Below are positions 10,555-22,900 of a stretch of DNA of 64,000 nucleotides, piece by piece; the stretch's first letter is position 1; every line of letters begins with the position of its first letter. The DNA lies in NCBI GenBank assembly GCA_904063045.1, contig CAJFCJ010000025.1, positions 372,001 to 436,000 on the forward strand, written 5' to 3'. The translations under genes and the position numbers were made by a program. The notes beneath the pieces were generated by a model. The model did no database searches. It saw only the letters and a list, made by a program, of their open reading frames with translations, and had not been told where the DNA came from. Origin of the DNA: Dimorphilus gyrociliatus. Lineage: Eukaryota > Animalia > Annelida.

Positions 10555-12920
10555 ATGTATTCACAAGTATACGATTTCTTTCAAAGAGAAGTTTTGCCCT
10601 ATGGAGGTAAGTAACATTGGTTTTATAAATGACTATTATTTGATTTGAATTTTTCAAAATTAAAAAAGAATTTGACTTGTAATATTTTAAAAAGTGCTCT
10701 AGTTTAAATTCTGGTAAAAGGCACCTTTGTTAATATCATATGATATACACTAGAACTATCTGGAATAAATACAGATCTAACTAGCTGTAATAAATCATTA
10801 ATAGCACTTAAAAAAAGTAACCTAATAAATATTTCAATTGTTAAATAAAGGTATATACCTTATTCTCTTTAAACTATTAACTACTTTATTCTTTTTATCT
10901 GTTTTCAAAAAAATTATATGTAAAGAACCTATCCATCTATCTATCTATCCCTTATGCTTTTCATTCATTTAGACGTCTATCTTAATCTATTTTCAGATCC
11001 ACGATCAAAAGATTGGTTTCTCCTGCAATCTAATCCAGTACCAGTATGGATTATAACGATTGCCTATTTACTCTTTGTTACACTTGGACAAAAGTTTATG
11101 AAAAATAGACCCGCCTATGATTTAAAATGGTTTATGATAATTTATAATTTAGGTTTGGTTGTTTGGTCTTTATATATGGTGATAGAGGTAAGATTCTAGC
11201 GATATATTAAGCGTTTTTAATTAAAAAGGAATATGCGTTCTAGTTTAGCAAAAAAAAAATAAATATATCGATCATCGTGATTTTAGTTTGCTGTAAATTT
11301 ATATCAAATATTAAAAAAATGGCATGAGAATGATATTTACTGTTTTAAAATAGATTATAATAGAATTTTAATAATTTAGATTCCAATTGCAACATGGAAG
11401 GCTGACTATAATTTTATCTGTGCCGAACTTAATGACGAACGCAGAAAAGATCCAAGAGAATTAAGGGTAATAAACGCCCCCAACATGTAAGGAAATATTG
11501 CTGAACTAAATTATTACCTATATTTCTTTAGGTAGCTGCTGTGATGTGGTGGTACTTTTTCTCAAAGGCAATTGAGTTATTAGATACTGTTTTAATGGTT
11601 CTACGTAAAAAAAATAATCAGGTACAGTTTTAATTAATAATTTGTTAATACTTTTTTTGTTTGATTTCCGTATCCGAAGTCTTTGTAACAATTTGAAAAA
11701 AGTGAACCCGAAACACTTAAACATGTATTTGATTTATTAGATTGTTCTTGGAAAGTTATTAAAAAAAATTAATTTCCACTTTTAGGATAAAGCTTATTAG
11801 ATAACGAGATAAATTAAGACGAAAAAGCATGTATTTAATTATACATTTAGTACATATACAGTATATTAAAATAAAAACGTTTTGATTAAGTGTTTTTATA
11901 TCCAATAATGATACTTATTTTAAATATCCTTTAATTGTTTCTCTTTATTTTTACCAAAAAAAAGATAACATTCCTGCACGTTTTTCATCATGCATCTATG
12001 CTAAACATCTGGTGGTGGGTTGGAATGTTCATCCCCAGTGGTTTATGTAAGTTTTCTATTCGCTTACCTATTACTCTTTCTCATTTATTTACATTTTATT
12101 ACATTTATGTATATATAAATTTTTTATTTTAGCATTCTTTGGCTCTTGGCTAAACTCACTTGTACACGTATTTATGTACGCATATTATGGTTTAACCGCT
12201 ATTCCAGCCGCTAGACCATATCTTTGGTGGAAAAAGTATATCACTAAACTCCAATTGGTTAGTATTATTCTGTTTTCATTATGATTGATGGCGTCATAAA
12301 ATGACATTGATACTGGACTCGTCGAAAGTCCAACGATAGCGTAATATATTTCTTATCGGAAAATTAACGAAGAGCTATTTTTCCGATTTGATACATACGT
12401 ACTTCTATATTTGAAGTGTAGAGCAAATTTTCAGCTATAACTATTTGTTATAGTATAATTTTTAAATAATTTCTAGCAATCAATGTCATTCAATATCAGT
12501 CATAAACAGGGAAAAAACATTATCTAATATTACTAAGACTTTTCTATCTTCTTATATAAATAATCAATTGTCTGATATAGATTAATTGAACAACTTTATT
12601 TAAGACTATTAATTAAGACAGATGCTCAATAATAATAAAAATATGATAAAGAAGTATATTGATAAAAAAATAATCTTTTTTCTTTATTCTCCTTTTAGAT
12701 TCAGTTCTGTATCACTCTTTCGCACACCTTAAACTCGATCAGAGTTGGATGTGACTTCCCTAAATGGGGACAAAATTTACTCGCTGGATACATGATTTGC
12801 ATGCTTGTACTTTTCTCAAACTTTTACATCAAAACTTACCGAGCCTCAAGAAAACCAATTCAAAACGGTGACAGTCATGCCAATGGAAATTCAAAGAGAA
12901 GACTGAACAAAAAAGATTAA
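10555..12920 (+). CDS. ELOVL: Very-long-chain fatty acid elongase (ELOVL family), multi-exon
   Basis: [31 protein letters not shown]|ITFLHVFHH (histidine box), [13 protein letters not shown]-terminal NKKD dilysine-like ER signal. Subfamily not resolved. Confidence 0.95.
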
Positions 12921-13394
12921 GCAGCTTTATCAGGATTACTAGGCTTATTTTCAATGTTCTCTTTTAATTTTCTACTGCAACACATCATTTTCCAGTGCCA
13001 TATATAATGTTAACATCCTAAAAATGATGATAATTGATTTTGTGAGATCAATCTTTTCAAAAGCACAGGTCAATTACATTAGATACTTACGATTTCGTAG
13101 ATTATCTTCTCTTTGTTTACGCCTAAGTCAACTCTAAACCATCTTTTGCGTTAATCAAGTTATTTATAAATGAATATATGTAAAATTTGTCATTATTAAC
13201 AATAAAATTAACGAAGTAGTCTGGTAAATCTTAATTGAATAAAAATCTTGTCTTCTTCTTTAAATTATTGCTCCTTCTTTGAATTTCATTTACAAACTTA
13301 AGTTTGATACAAAATAGAAAATATTTCTGCCTACGAAAATACCGGTTACTAACCAGTCACTAACCAATCACATTTCAACCAGTTAACTAAAAAT

Positions 13395-14412
13395 ATGGCG
13401 GGACATACAGCAGGCGAACCGCTGGAGTGTTTTAGTGTAAATTTTAGCTTCTATTTAACTAGTTATAGAATATGTGTTAAATTAGACTATGCTTTATATA
13501 TTTATAAATCGTCTTTGAGCCTTAAAATGGTCAAAAACAATTTTTAACACAATGAAGCAGTTTATTTAAATTATAGTTTACATGGAGTTGATTTTTGTAC
13601 CTTTAGATCCCAATCTTACTCCAAAAAGAAATAGAATACGACGAAAGAGGAAATGCTTTATTAGACGAAGATAACAAGCCAAAATTGCGCTGCGGTTTTC
13701 GTATTGGTGGGGGCATTGATCAAGATAATACTCTCTCAGCCCAAGGATATCCAGACAAGGTAAGAAATCTAATGTATAATCCTTCAGCCTGTGCCAATTG
13801 TATCGATAAATTTTTCCGTTAAGGGCGTTTACGTGACCTACATCTACGAAAATGGTCCTGGCCATAAAGCTGGTTTGCAACAACACGATAAAATCCTACA
13901 GGTAATTTTATCTAGGTGAACAGGAAATGAAAATTATATTTAGTCATTGAAATTTCTTTTTGTTAAAAATAGGTAAATGGTCATGATATGACGGTAGTGA
14001 CTCACAAGAAAGCTGTGGAATATATTAAAAGAAAAGCTATTCTGAATATGTTGGTTTATCGCAAAGGAGTACCCCAAATTCCAAGCTCACAACAAGCCCC
14101 AGTCTATAATCCTCCACAATTTAGTAATGATTTGTTTAGTTATTATAGATTTTATATACTTTATTTTGTAATGAATAAGTAATTGCATCACTTGTGCCTA
14201 TGTTAAGAATATTAAATTTGTTCATTTCTCCCATAGGTTCTCCTCAAAGGCAACCCCCAATGCCACACTCTCCAATGCATAGACCAGATCATAATTTTGG
14301 ACGCAATAGTCCAATGCATTCCCCATCAAGACATTATCAACCAGCATCTCCAGGTCATCATTCTGGATTTGATCGAAGTTCTTTTGATGCTATGCAAGCT
14401 AAACCGTATTAG
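13395..14412 (+). CDS. TAX1BP3: Single-PDZ protein, TAX1BP3/TIP-1-like, 5 exons, with a Pro/His/Ser-rich C-terminal extension
   Basis: MAGHTAGEPLECFS|IPILLQKE...CGFRIGGGIDQD...YPDK|GVYVTYIYENGPGHKAGLQQHDKILQ|VNGHDMTVVTHKKAVEYI. The GGGIDQD motif is typical of TIP-1. Confidence 0.85.
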
Positions 14413-14517
14413 AATCTCTCTCTTTCTATTGTTTTAACTATAGATCTTAGTAAACTCTTTCAACAAGTTCGATCTTTAAATTAGAATATACTTTAATATT
14501 AATCAATTGAATAATTA

Positions 14518-14904
14518 TCAGCTGTTTATTTCTGTTTTAAATACTCGTATATGAATAGCAGAGTTAGTCCTTGTTCTTGTACTATGTTCTCCTTCGTCGG
14601 TCAGCGGTTCAATATCATCAGTTAGTCGAACAGATGAGGTTTCAACAGATTGAGATAGCGTACCTCCTGACTTCTCAATCAATTCTAAAGCCAATGTAAT
14701 AGCTCTGTTCACCGCAGCACCCAATCCATGAATATATATCTCATTTTCACCTTCATCAAATAGTTTTCCACATTTTGCCATCTGACAATTGAAATTAGTC
14801 TTTTTTGTCACATATATATCAATTTTACGCCTAGGTAGTCTTGGCGGTAACCGTTTTCTAACTTCAAATTCAACAGGATCTTCAGTTTGCATGGGCGACG
14901 CCAT
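14518..14904 (-). CDS. POP7: RNase P/MRP subunit POP7 (Rpp20), Alba-like fold, intronless
   Basis: RKRLPPRLPRR.IDIYVTKKTNF, IHGLGAAVNRAITLAL, RTNSAIHIRVF. Confidence 0.93.
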   Translation of the reverse strand: MASPMQTEDPVEFEVRKRLPPRLPRRKIDIYVTKKTNFNCQMAKCGKLFDEGENEIYIHGLGAAVNRAITLALELIEKSGGTLSQSVETSSVRLTDDIEPLTDEGEHSTRTRTNSAIHIRVFKTEINS

Positions 14905-15147
14905 TTTTATTACACCATCATTTTCGTATAAATTGTACTATGCAATATATATCACCATTAACATAAAGATAAAAATAATGTTTGTTTCTACGAAATCTAG
15001 TAGAAAAACTAACAAAACAGGTATGTTAAATACAAACTAACAGAGCGATATTACAGAGAACCGCCTTATCAAAGCTAGTGAATACCTGTCAGGTGATGGA
15101 ATTTTAGTACTTTTTTAAAAAGTCAAACTGAAATAGAATATGAAGCA

Positions 15148-16971
15148 ATGGCAAGGAAATATATTATATTCTATCGTATTTTTTCAATAAAGAATATTTT
15201 AATAATAACTGCACTAGGAGGATTATTCTTTTTTTTAAATAGCTTCAAAATCTCATCAATTGCCGATAAACTAAATGATACTTTAAGAGAAACAACCAAA
15301 AATCAGAAACAATATTGGATCCTATCGAAAAGCCATACATGTATTGAGGCTGCGGAATTCGTTCCGAGAAATTGGTACTTAAGTATTGAAAAGAGTAATG
15401 GAATTTTTAACTGTGAAATAGATAAATCGTACAAGAATGATTTCGAATATTTAGAAGATGTTCTAAGAAATGGCGGTGAACAGATCGTTGTCGTTGGATC
15501 TCATTCTTCCATGTTCACTAACCATTTGAGTAGTTCTACACTTATTATTCCAAATAGAACAACCTATGAAGGATATGTTTGTAAGGAAGCACCTCATTCA
15601 ATAACTATAGAATCGGATGCGTTTCATATGAAAGATTGGAATATCCCTTTTCATATTTTACAAGAGACTTTAAAATTTTCACCTTTAACAAATGTTATAT
15701 TTAAAAGAAATGCTTTTTGGTTATTTCCCCTTTGGAAGGATAGAAGGAATTTGGGACAAGCACTTGGTCTGTTGAATTCGTATAGTTTCGTAAGAACTGT
15801 ATATAATGAACACCTTAAAAAATCGGATGAAAAACTCAACTCAATAAAAATCCGCTGCATAAATGAAACCTTAAAAAATTGTCTGAAAAGTTTACCTAAA
15901 ACTGAGATACTTGAAGAAACAATACGAATTTTAGATAAACAGTCGTATAAGTGGCCTTTTGCATTTTTACAGTATGATTCTTACTATAAGAAATGTTCAA
16001 GAGTATTTTGGAAAGAGAGAGGAGAAAGACAAATGAAGGATGAGAATTGTCAGGAAGTAAAGATAAAAGATCGTCTCTTACGACAAACGAAAAGCATTGA
16101 AGATGTTTTTTTATTAGTTGTATTTAATAATCCATTCTATAATAATATACCATATATAAACTCTCTCTATGGAAAAATATTCAAATATATGGCGTACTGC
16201 GGACCACATTCTGCTCCAATCCTTTATGGTGGAATTTTTATTCAATATCAGAACGTTCAAGATCATGTAGCTGGTGCCTTCAGTTACATTTGTTCTAATA
16301 TTCTTTTATCATTAGACCATAAACATACTAATGGCTTAATTGTTATATCTGATGATATGTTGTTCAATGTTCATAGTATATCCGATTTGCCCAGAACGAA
16401 AATATGGTTATCTCCATCGAAAATTGGCAATATAAAAATTGGAAAGGAATGCCGTCTGGGAATGTGCGACTTTTATACGTCGTGGACGTGGTGGACTGTC
16501 TATAGAACAGAGACAATTAATTCATTAGAAGCTTTATTAAAATCGAAGAAACGAACTTTACGGGCATGCGCAGAAAACATAAAAATTTTAACTGGAGATT
16601 TATATCATGTTTATGGAGGTTATTCAGATTTCTTTTATATACCTTCTACATATAATGAGAATTTTATTATTTTAACAAACCATTTCCTGAAATATAACGT
16701 ATTTGTTGAATTGGCAATACCAATTACATTACACTGCTTAGACGTATCAAAAGAAGCCATAGAAACTATTGAAGGACTAGCCGATTGGACGGAAAATAGA
16801 GATTTTCCTTGGAATCATCTCCATAAATTCGATATCCTTATGTATTTGCATCCTGTTAAATTGAGTTTAATGGTTAAAGGTGATCAATATTATCAAGATT
16901 GGCAAAAATTTTACTGTAAATCATTGGCTTATCTTAATGATTTCTATTCAAGGAATACAATATTACGTTGA
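15148..16971 (+). CDS. Type II membrane glycosyltransferase-like protein, STELLO/DUF288-related (paralog 1), intronless, 607 aa
   Basis: N-terminal TM anchor. C-terminal half LVVFNNPFY...SLYGKIFKYMAYCG...GLIVISDDMLFN...YGGYSDFFYIP...FVELAIP...LHPVKL resembles my recollection of the STELLO/DUF288 C-terminal domain. ORF is confident, family is moderately confident. Confidence 0.7.
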   Translation: MARKYIIFYRIFSIKNILIITALGGLFFFLNSFKISSIADKLNDTLRETTKNQKQYWILSKSHTCIEAAEFVPRNWYLSIEKSNGIFNCEIDKSYKNDFEYLEDVLRNGGEQIVVVGSHSSMFTNHLSSSTLIIPNRTTYEGYVCKEAPHSITIESDAFHMKDWNIPFHILQETLKFSPLTNVIFKRNAFWLFPLWKDRRNLGQALGLLNSYSFVRTVYNEHLKKSDEKLNSIKIRCINETLKNCLKSLPKTEILEETIRILDKQSYKWPFAFLQYDSYYKKCSRVFWKERGERQMKDENCQEVKIKDRLLRQTKSIEDVFLLVVFNNPFYNNIPYINSLYGKIFKYMAYCGPHSAPILYGGIFIQYQNVQDHVAGAFSYICSNILLSLDHKHTNGLIVISDDMLFNVHSISDLPRTKIWLSPSKIGNIKIGKECRLGMCDFYTSWTWWTVYRTETINSLEALLKSKKRTLRACAENIKILTGDLYHVYGGYSDFFYIPSTYNENFIILTNHFLKYNVFVELAIPITLHCLDVSKEAIETIEGLADWTENRDFPWNHLHKFDILMYLHPVKLSLMVKGDQYYQDWQKFYCKSLAYLNDFYSRNTILR

Positions 16972-17323
16972 ACTGATACAACTACGAAATACAACGAACA
17001 AATCAGCGGCTTAAAAATAAAATGTTGATTATTAAATTAAATATAGAACATAAATAATTGGATTTTAGGCTAAATTTCTCCATGTGTAGTATGATTCGGT
17101 GAGATTGAGTAGTAATTAAAAAGAAAAAAGAGAAAAACTCAAAATCGTCTGAAAGAGAGGTCACTTGATGTGTCATTTGTATCCCAGTTTGGGTAGACTG
17201 CTCTTATTGACATTGAAGGTCAGTTTTAGCCATAATTTTTAACGTGTAATGGTTGATTTAATTATATTTTGATTATTATTATTATTTTAATAGGTTAACG
17301 AAAGTAGAGAGTGAGATATAGCA

Positions 17324-19105
17324 ATGAATTTAAATAAAAAAAAATGCTCTTTAGCTACATTTCTCTACTTTGTGTTAATATTTCTGTTACTAGAGTTAGT
17401 CGTATACTTGATCTCTAAGGACCTCATAACACAAGAAAAGTCTGAAGTTAATGACCTGAAAGTAGTAGATAAAACAAGAACCAATTGGATAGTGTTAGAT
17501 GACTATTTTTGTCATGAGGTTGAACAAGTTATACCCAAAAGTTGGATCTTGAATGTGAGAATAAAAAGTAAAATATACAGTTGCGAGAAGGATAAAACGT
17601 ATCAGGATGATTTGGAATTTCTGGAGGATGTTGTTTTAAGTGGTGGAGAAAAAATTGCCCTTTTTAAATCGCTTCCAACAGACTTTTCTAAATGGACACA
17701 ATCTTCTACACTTATTATACATGATGCAACCACAAATAAAGGTGAGGTGTGTATGAAGACACCTCATTCCCTGACTGTTGAAACAGTGGACTTTCCAATG
17801 AATGACTGGGATAGTCCCTTTCACGTTAAGAATAGGCTAATAAAAATTCCAGTTGCAGCTGATATTCTTTTCAATAGTGATTCATTTTGGCTTTTTCCTT
17901 TGATGGACAATATACCCTTATTTAGGAAAGCGCTTGGACTTTTGAATTCTCATACAATTATAAGAACAATTGATAACAGGGATTATTTAGGTTTGAAAAG
18001 TATACCACCTTCGATGAGAATTGACTGCAGCAGTAAAACTATTTTTGAATGTTTGAAAAGTTTTGAATCGTCGGATTTACTTTCAAGAACTTTAAATACA
18101 TTACAAAAATTACGATATCATTGGCCAACATCGTTACCAGAAGATAGAGAAACGAAAAGTTGTTACACTGTTATTTGGAAGGATGAAGGTGAGAAACCGA
18201 TGGCGGAACCGAATTGTCACGAAGTGAATTTACATGCCCCACTAACTGGCCAGATGCCGATGAGAGATGATGTATTGTTAATGATAGTTTATAATCATCC
18301 TCTCTATAAAAGTTTGCCGTACGTAAATTCTCTATATGGAAAATTGTTCAAGTATATCGCTTATTGTGGGCCTAATGAACTTCCCGAAAATTTCAAGAAC
18401 TTTTTTGTCAGATATATTAACTATAAAGGTCATATAACTGGGGGTTTTGGGCAAACTTGTACAAGTGTATTATTATCTCTACGCCATAGACATACAAGAG
18501 GCCTATTAATTATATCTGACGATATGCTATTGAACGTTCATAGGCTATCACAAGCTTCTCTTTTTCATGTTTGGGTAAAGGGTGCTTATAAGAGAGATAT
18601 TAGAAAGATAGATAACGAAAGAACTTGGTTACAATGGAAAAAGTATAAAAATGATATTAAAATGGCATTGGGTGATTTGTATACATCAAGTGATGTTCAT
18701 TTAAGGCAATGCGGACAAAGATTGGAAAACATTGGTGGAACTCGTTATACAGTTAGTGGAGGTTACAGCGATATATATTATATACCTTATTCTCTTTCTA
18801 ATGAATTTGTAAAGTTAAATAATCATTTCCTGGATTATCAGATTCCATTTGAAATATCTGTACCAACTGTTATACTCTGTATGTCTAAGAAGCAGCCGCT
18901 AAAGAATGTTGATTTAAGACCTTCGAATAGGAATAAGCAATGGGAAACAATACATAAATTTCACCAAGTTATTTATATTCATCCAGTTAAGTGGGGATTA
19001 ATGAGGCGAGAGAGATCCGATTATCGTCAATGGCAAAGTCTCTATTGTAGATCTAAAGCCTTTATAAATGATATATCTGGAAATAAGGAACTTCTTATTG
19101 AATAA
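17324..19105 (+). CDS. Type II membrane glycosyltransferase-like protein, STELLO/DUF288-related (paralog 2, tandem duplicate), intronless, 593 aa
   Basis: Colinear with 15148-16971 over its full length (SSTLII, H..T.E..DF.M.DW..PFH, SLYGK.FKY.AYCGP, GL..ISDDML.NVH, GGYSD..YIP, HPVK). Confidence 0.7.
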   Translation: MNLNKKKCSLATFLYFVLIFLLLELVVYLISKDLITQEKSEVNDLKVVDKTRTNWIVLDDYFCHEVEQVIPKSWILNVRIKSKIYSCEKDKTYQDDLEFLEDVVLSGGEKIALFKSLPTDFSKWTQSSTLIIHDATTNKGEVCMKTPHSLTVETVDFPMNDWDSPFHVKNRLIKIPVAADILFNSDSFWLFPLMDNIPLFRKALGLLNSHTIIRTIDNRDYLGLKSIPPSMRIDCSSKTIFECLKSFESSDLLSRTLNTLQKLRYHWPTSLPEDRETKSCYTVIWKDEGEKPMAEPNCHEVNLHAPLTGQMPMRDDVLLMIVYNHPLYKSLPYVNSLYGKLFKYIAYCGPNELPENFKNFFVRYINYKGHITGGFGQTCTSVLLSLRHRHTRGLLIISDDMLLNVHRLSQASLFHVWVKGAYKRDIRKIDNERTWLQWKKYKNDIKMALGDLYTSSDVHLRQCGQRLENIGGTRYTVSGGYSDIYYIPYSLSNEFVKLNNHFLDYQIPFEISVPTVILCMSKKQPLKNVDLRPSNRNKQWETIHKFHQVIYIHPVKWGLMRRERSDYRQWQSLYCRSKAFINDISGNKELLIE

Positions 19106-19975
19106 TTCTGTCATTTAGAGTGTAGAATTTGTTTTCTTGATATTTTTTGATTAAAAGAAAGCTTCTTTAAATACCAAACTATTCTTCTTTGTGTTTCTAT
19201 TATAGAGCAAGACGTCTTGTTAAATAGTTTTATAGAAGTCTTGTTTTTATTTAATCAAAAGAATTAATAGGTCAAGTTGATCAGGAAGGAAAGAAATATG
19301 TCCAATTCTAGATGTATACATTTCGTAAACATTTCAATTTGCACATAAACTACTCATAGAGTTTTTTTCTTAGTGTAAAGTTAGAACTGTCTGGTCACAA
19401 GAGTCTAGGTCAGACGGGGCATAGATTTAGTAGCCCTTCATTGGTAGTTATTTAGGCTAGAGGGAATGAAACAAGCCTATTCATTGTCTGGGTGTGACAA
19501 ATATGTTTTATACATGTTCATTATTATTTTAGTATTAAACAATAGGCTGATCTTATGTATGATTTCGTGGTACTCTTCTTTTTTAAAGCTAGAACTAACC
19601 GTTTAATTACTTTCTACCCGTTTTCCTAATTATATTTGTATAACTTCCATACTTGTCTAATATACCAACAGGATTAAGTTAATAAGTGTCTTTTATTCTT
19701 TTTTATAAAACGTAATAAAAATTGCACCAAAAGTGTTATAAATATTAAAATAAAGACGATGAAGGAAGAAGGATAGAAGGAGCTGGAAGAAGGAAGAAGG
19801 CAGGGAGGGGAAAAGGGAAAGAAAAAAAATCCAAATATCTGTTAATTTCTTTATTTTATATCTCTTTTTTTGTGATTTAGATAAAGAAAATGATTCGTTA
19901 TTTCTTATTAATTGATTCTCTATTTTTTATGGCTCTTTTCCTCTTGCTAAGTTGTTTTCGTTGCTTTTTTTTCTT

Positions 19976-22900
19976 TTACATTTCGGCAGTCCAATTGGAT
20001 CTTGCTAATGTATTTGGATTTCCTATATCGTTTGGATGATCAAGTTTATATCTCTCTAATTCTTCTATAGAATCAAATATTCTGACGAGAAACGGGGAAC
20101 CTGGCACGTCATAGCCGGACCATTTAATTGCGATAGTATAGTCTCCAATTTCGGTTGGATCGTATCTACATAAAATGGTTCTATCCATTTGGCTTTCTTT
20201 TTTCATTTCTACTCTGAAAGCGGCCTTTGGTCCTCGAACTCTTACTGTTAGTTGCCCGGCACCAGCTCCTTTAGTTTCTACTACAAATCTTGATTTAAAT
20301 GTTGCTAACATACCATGTTCAATCCCCGGACCAACCACCCGGACTTTAGAGGGATCTGGCGCTCCTTGAACTTTAATTTCAAATGGACTTCCGGGGATAT
20401 GCTGACCTGCGTATTTAATTTGTAAAGTATGCTTCCCAGTTTCTTGCGGTTTTATCTTTAATTTAAATGTGCCATTTTCCTGATCTAATAGCTCGCAAAA
20501 GGCTATTTTATAGGGCCCAGTACATTGGGCTTGCAATTCACCAGGTCCAGCTTTCTTAGTATCAATAATTGTTGATATGTCTTTGCCATAGATGGCGGTT
20601 CGAAGAGTTTCATTCAAACAAAACACCTTATTAGGATCTGCCTGTGCCGAGACTGATATTTTAAAGGGAGAACCTTTGACGTCTTTATCTCCCCATTTTA
20701 CGTTCAACAAGTAGGCCCCCGGCTGCTCGGGGATATATGTACAGCGGAATTTATCCTCTCCTATAGGTGTTATAGCAACGTTAACATGCACTTTCAATCC
20801 AACGATTTTCACATCTGGAGCGCCCGGTCCGGCTTGACTTCCATCAATTACAAATTCAGCTTCTTCTCTAACACGAGCATTCTGAAGGCCAGATCCTGTT
20901 AAGATAACTTTCTCTATACCATCAGCAGACATATGCCTTTCTGGTAGAGCATAACCAGCTAAAGGAGAATCGGGAAGATCGACTCCACCCCATGACACAT
21001 TTAAGTAATGTTCACCCGCTACTTGCGGCGTGAAAGCAAGCAAGTGACGATTCGATCCCAAGGATCTAGCCTCAACAGGTATTGAGCCAGTTGGTCCCCT
21101 AACTTCTCCGCTCAAGTTTCCTATTCCGGCTGTCGTAGTGTCGAATTCAATTCTCTTCATTTCGTTTACGACAAGAGCAATTCTCGATTTGGAGTCCATA
21201 TGTGATTGCCAACCTCCGATAACAGCAACCTTACTCGGCGATATAATCTGCGGTCTCCAAGGCCCTCCCGGAACGTTTTGACCATTCCATTTGACAACTA
21301 CAAAATATTGTCCAACCTCAACCGGAACATAAGTTACTTTGTACTTATCATCAGATTCCGGCTCAACATGGCACTTAGCAACGCTGTTTGGCCCATCCAC
21401 TTGAACAGCAAGTTGACTTCTATTTCCTTTTCCCTCAACCACAAAGGTAGAAGGTCTCCCTTCAACACCATTAAAGAGGCCTTCACCAACGACGTTTACA
21501 AAATTATTACTACTCTCAGAAACGTGGATAGGTAAAGGACAACCCGGAACGTCTAATCCACCATAAGTAATCTATAAAAGAGTTAAAAAAACACCGTTTA
21601 AATAATAATTATTATCATTAACTAATTAAAATTTCAATCAAATCAACGTACGTAAGCTTTAAAAGTTCCACTTTCAAAAGGCATAAAATTAGCAGTAAAA
21701 CCTTTATCGTTCTTGTTTAAATCGTATGGAATATTCTCATTCTTTGGAGATGTAATCGTTAGATTTAACTCGGCAGAACCAGCATTAGCTGTAACTATTC
21801 CAATTTCCGCTCTCTCACCAACTAATAAACTCTCTGGAAGTTGTACGTGTATCTTATTTGGATCAAAAATTTGCACTTTAAAAGGTGTTCCCGCAACATG
21901 AATTCCCGCGTATAAAGCTTCGACAACATGCTCTCCTGTATATATCGATGTATATTCAACTTTAAAGTTTCCATTTGGAAGTTCGACAACCTTCGCAGGT
22001 ATCATCTCTCCATTTGGAGCTAGACGAGGGAATAAATAAAGAAAAAGGAACAATTATTTATCAATTAAATAAGATATATATATATATAAGTTAGACGCTT
22101 TTAATTACTTAATCAATTATCTATAGTACCATTAAAAAGTTATTGCTTCTTTTTAAAACGATTAATAACTACTACTGAAAAAGGGATTAGTAAGATTGTT
22201 TTATTTGAAATAGTCGATTTAAACTGTGTAAAAAGAAGAATATTAGTATTAAAGGAAATAATATACATAAGAGATAGATAGATAGATGGAAAGAGAGATT
22301 AAAAATGAACGATTTATTAGATGTTATCTCTCAAAAGCATTTAGAAAAGTTGAACAATATTTGGTTATGAAAGGTAGATTTGAGCTTTCTTTTTAAATAA
22401 AACCTTTAATTGACACTTGTGATTCATCTAATGAAACTTGTCCTTGTTTTATTAATGTTGCCGATGCTAATTGATTGATTTCAAATGTGGTTGGTGAAGA
22501 TGAGTCTAGCATGAGAACTTGATCAAGAAGAGCCATTGGTACTGTCTTAGGACAGCCTAAAAGATATATTAGTTTAAATTAATCAAAATAATCAATAATC
22601 TTATTGATTTACGTACCTGGAACTTGTTCTAAATTGAAAAAAACATTTATAGTGTGTTCATAAGGTCTTTGAACAATATAGTGATAACGATGTTCCGTAT
22701 TAGACAGTTTCTCTCTCACTGTCCTTACCAATTGTTTCTCACAGTACACTTCTACATCTATATCTCCAGAACCTGCTTTACTAGTATCGACGGTAAAACC
22801 TAGTTTGTCGTCAAGTTTGCCGCCTGAATCGACGTCGATTACTTTAACCTTTGATACATCGTACGCAGTACATGTAAAGGGGCAGCCTGCTACAGGTTGA

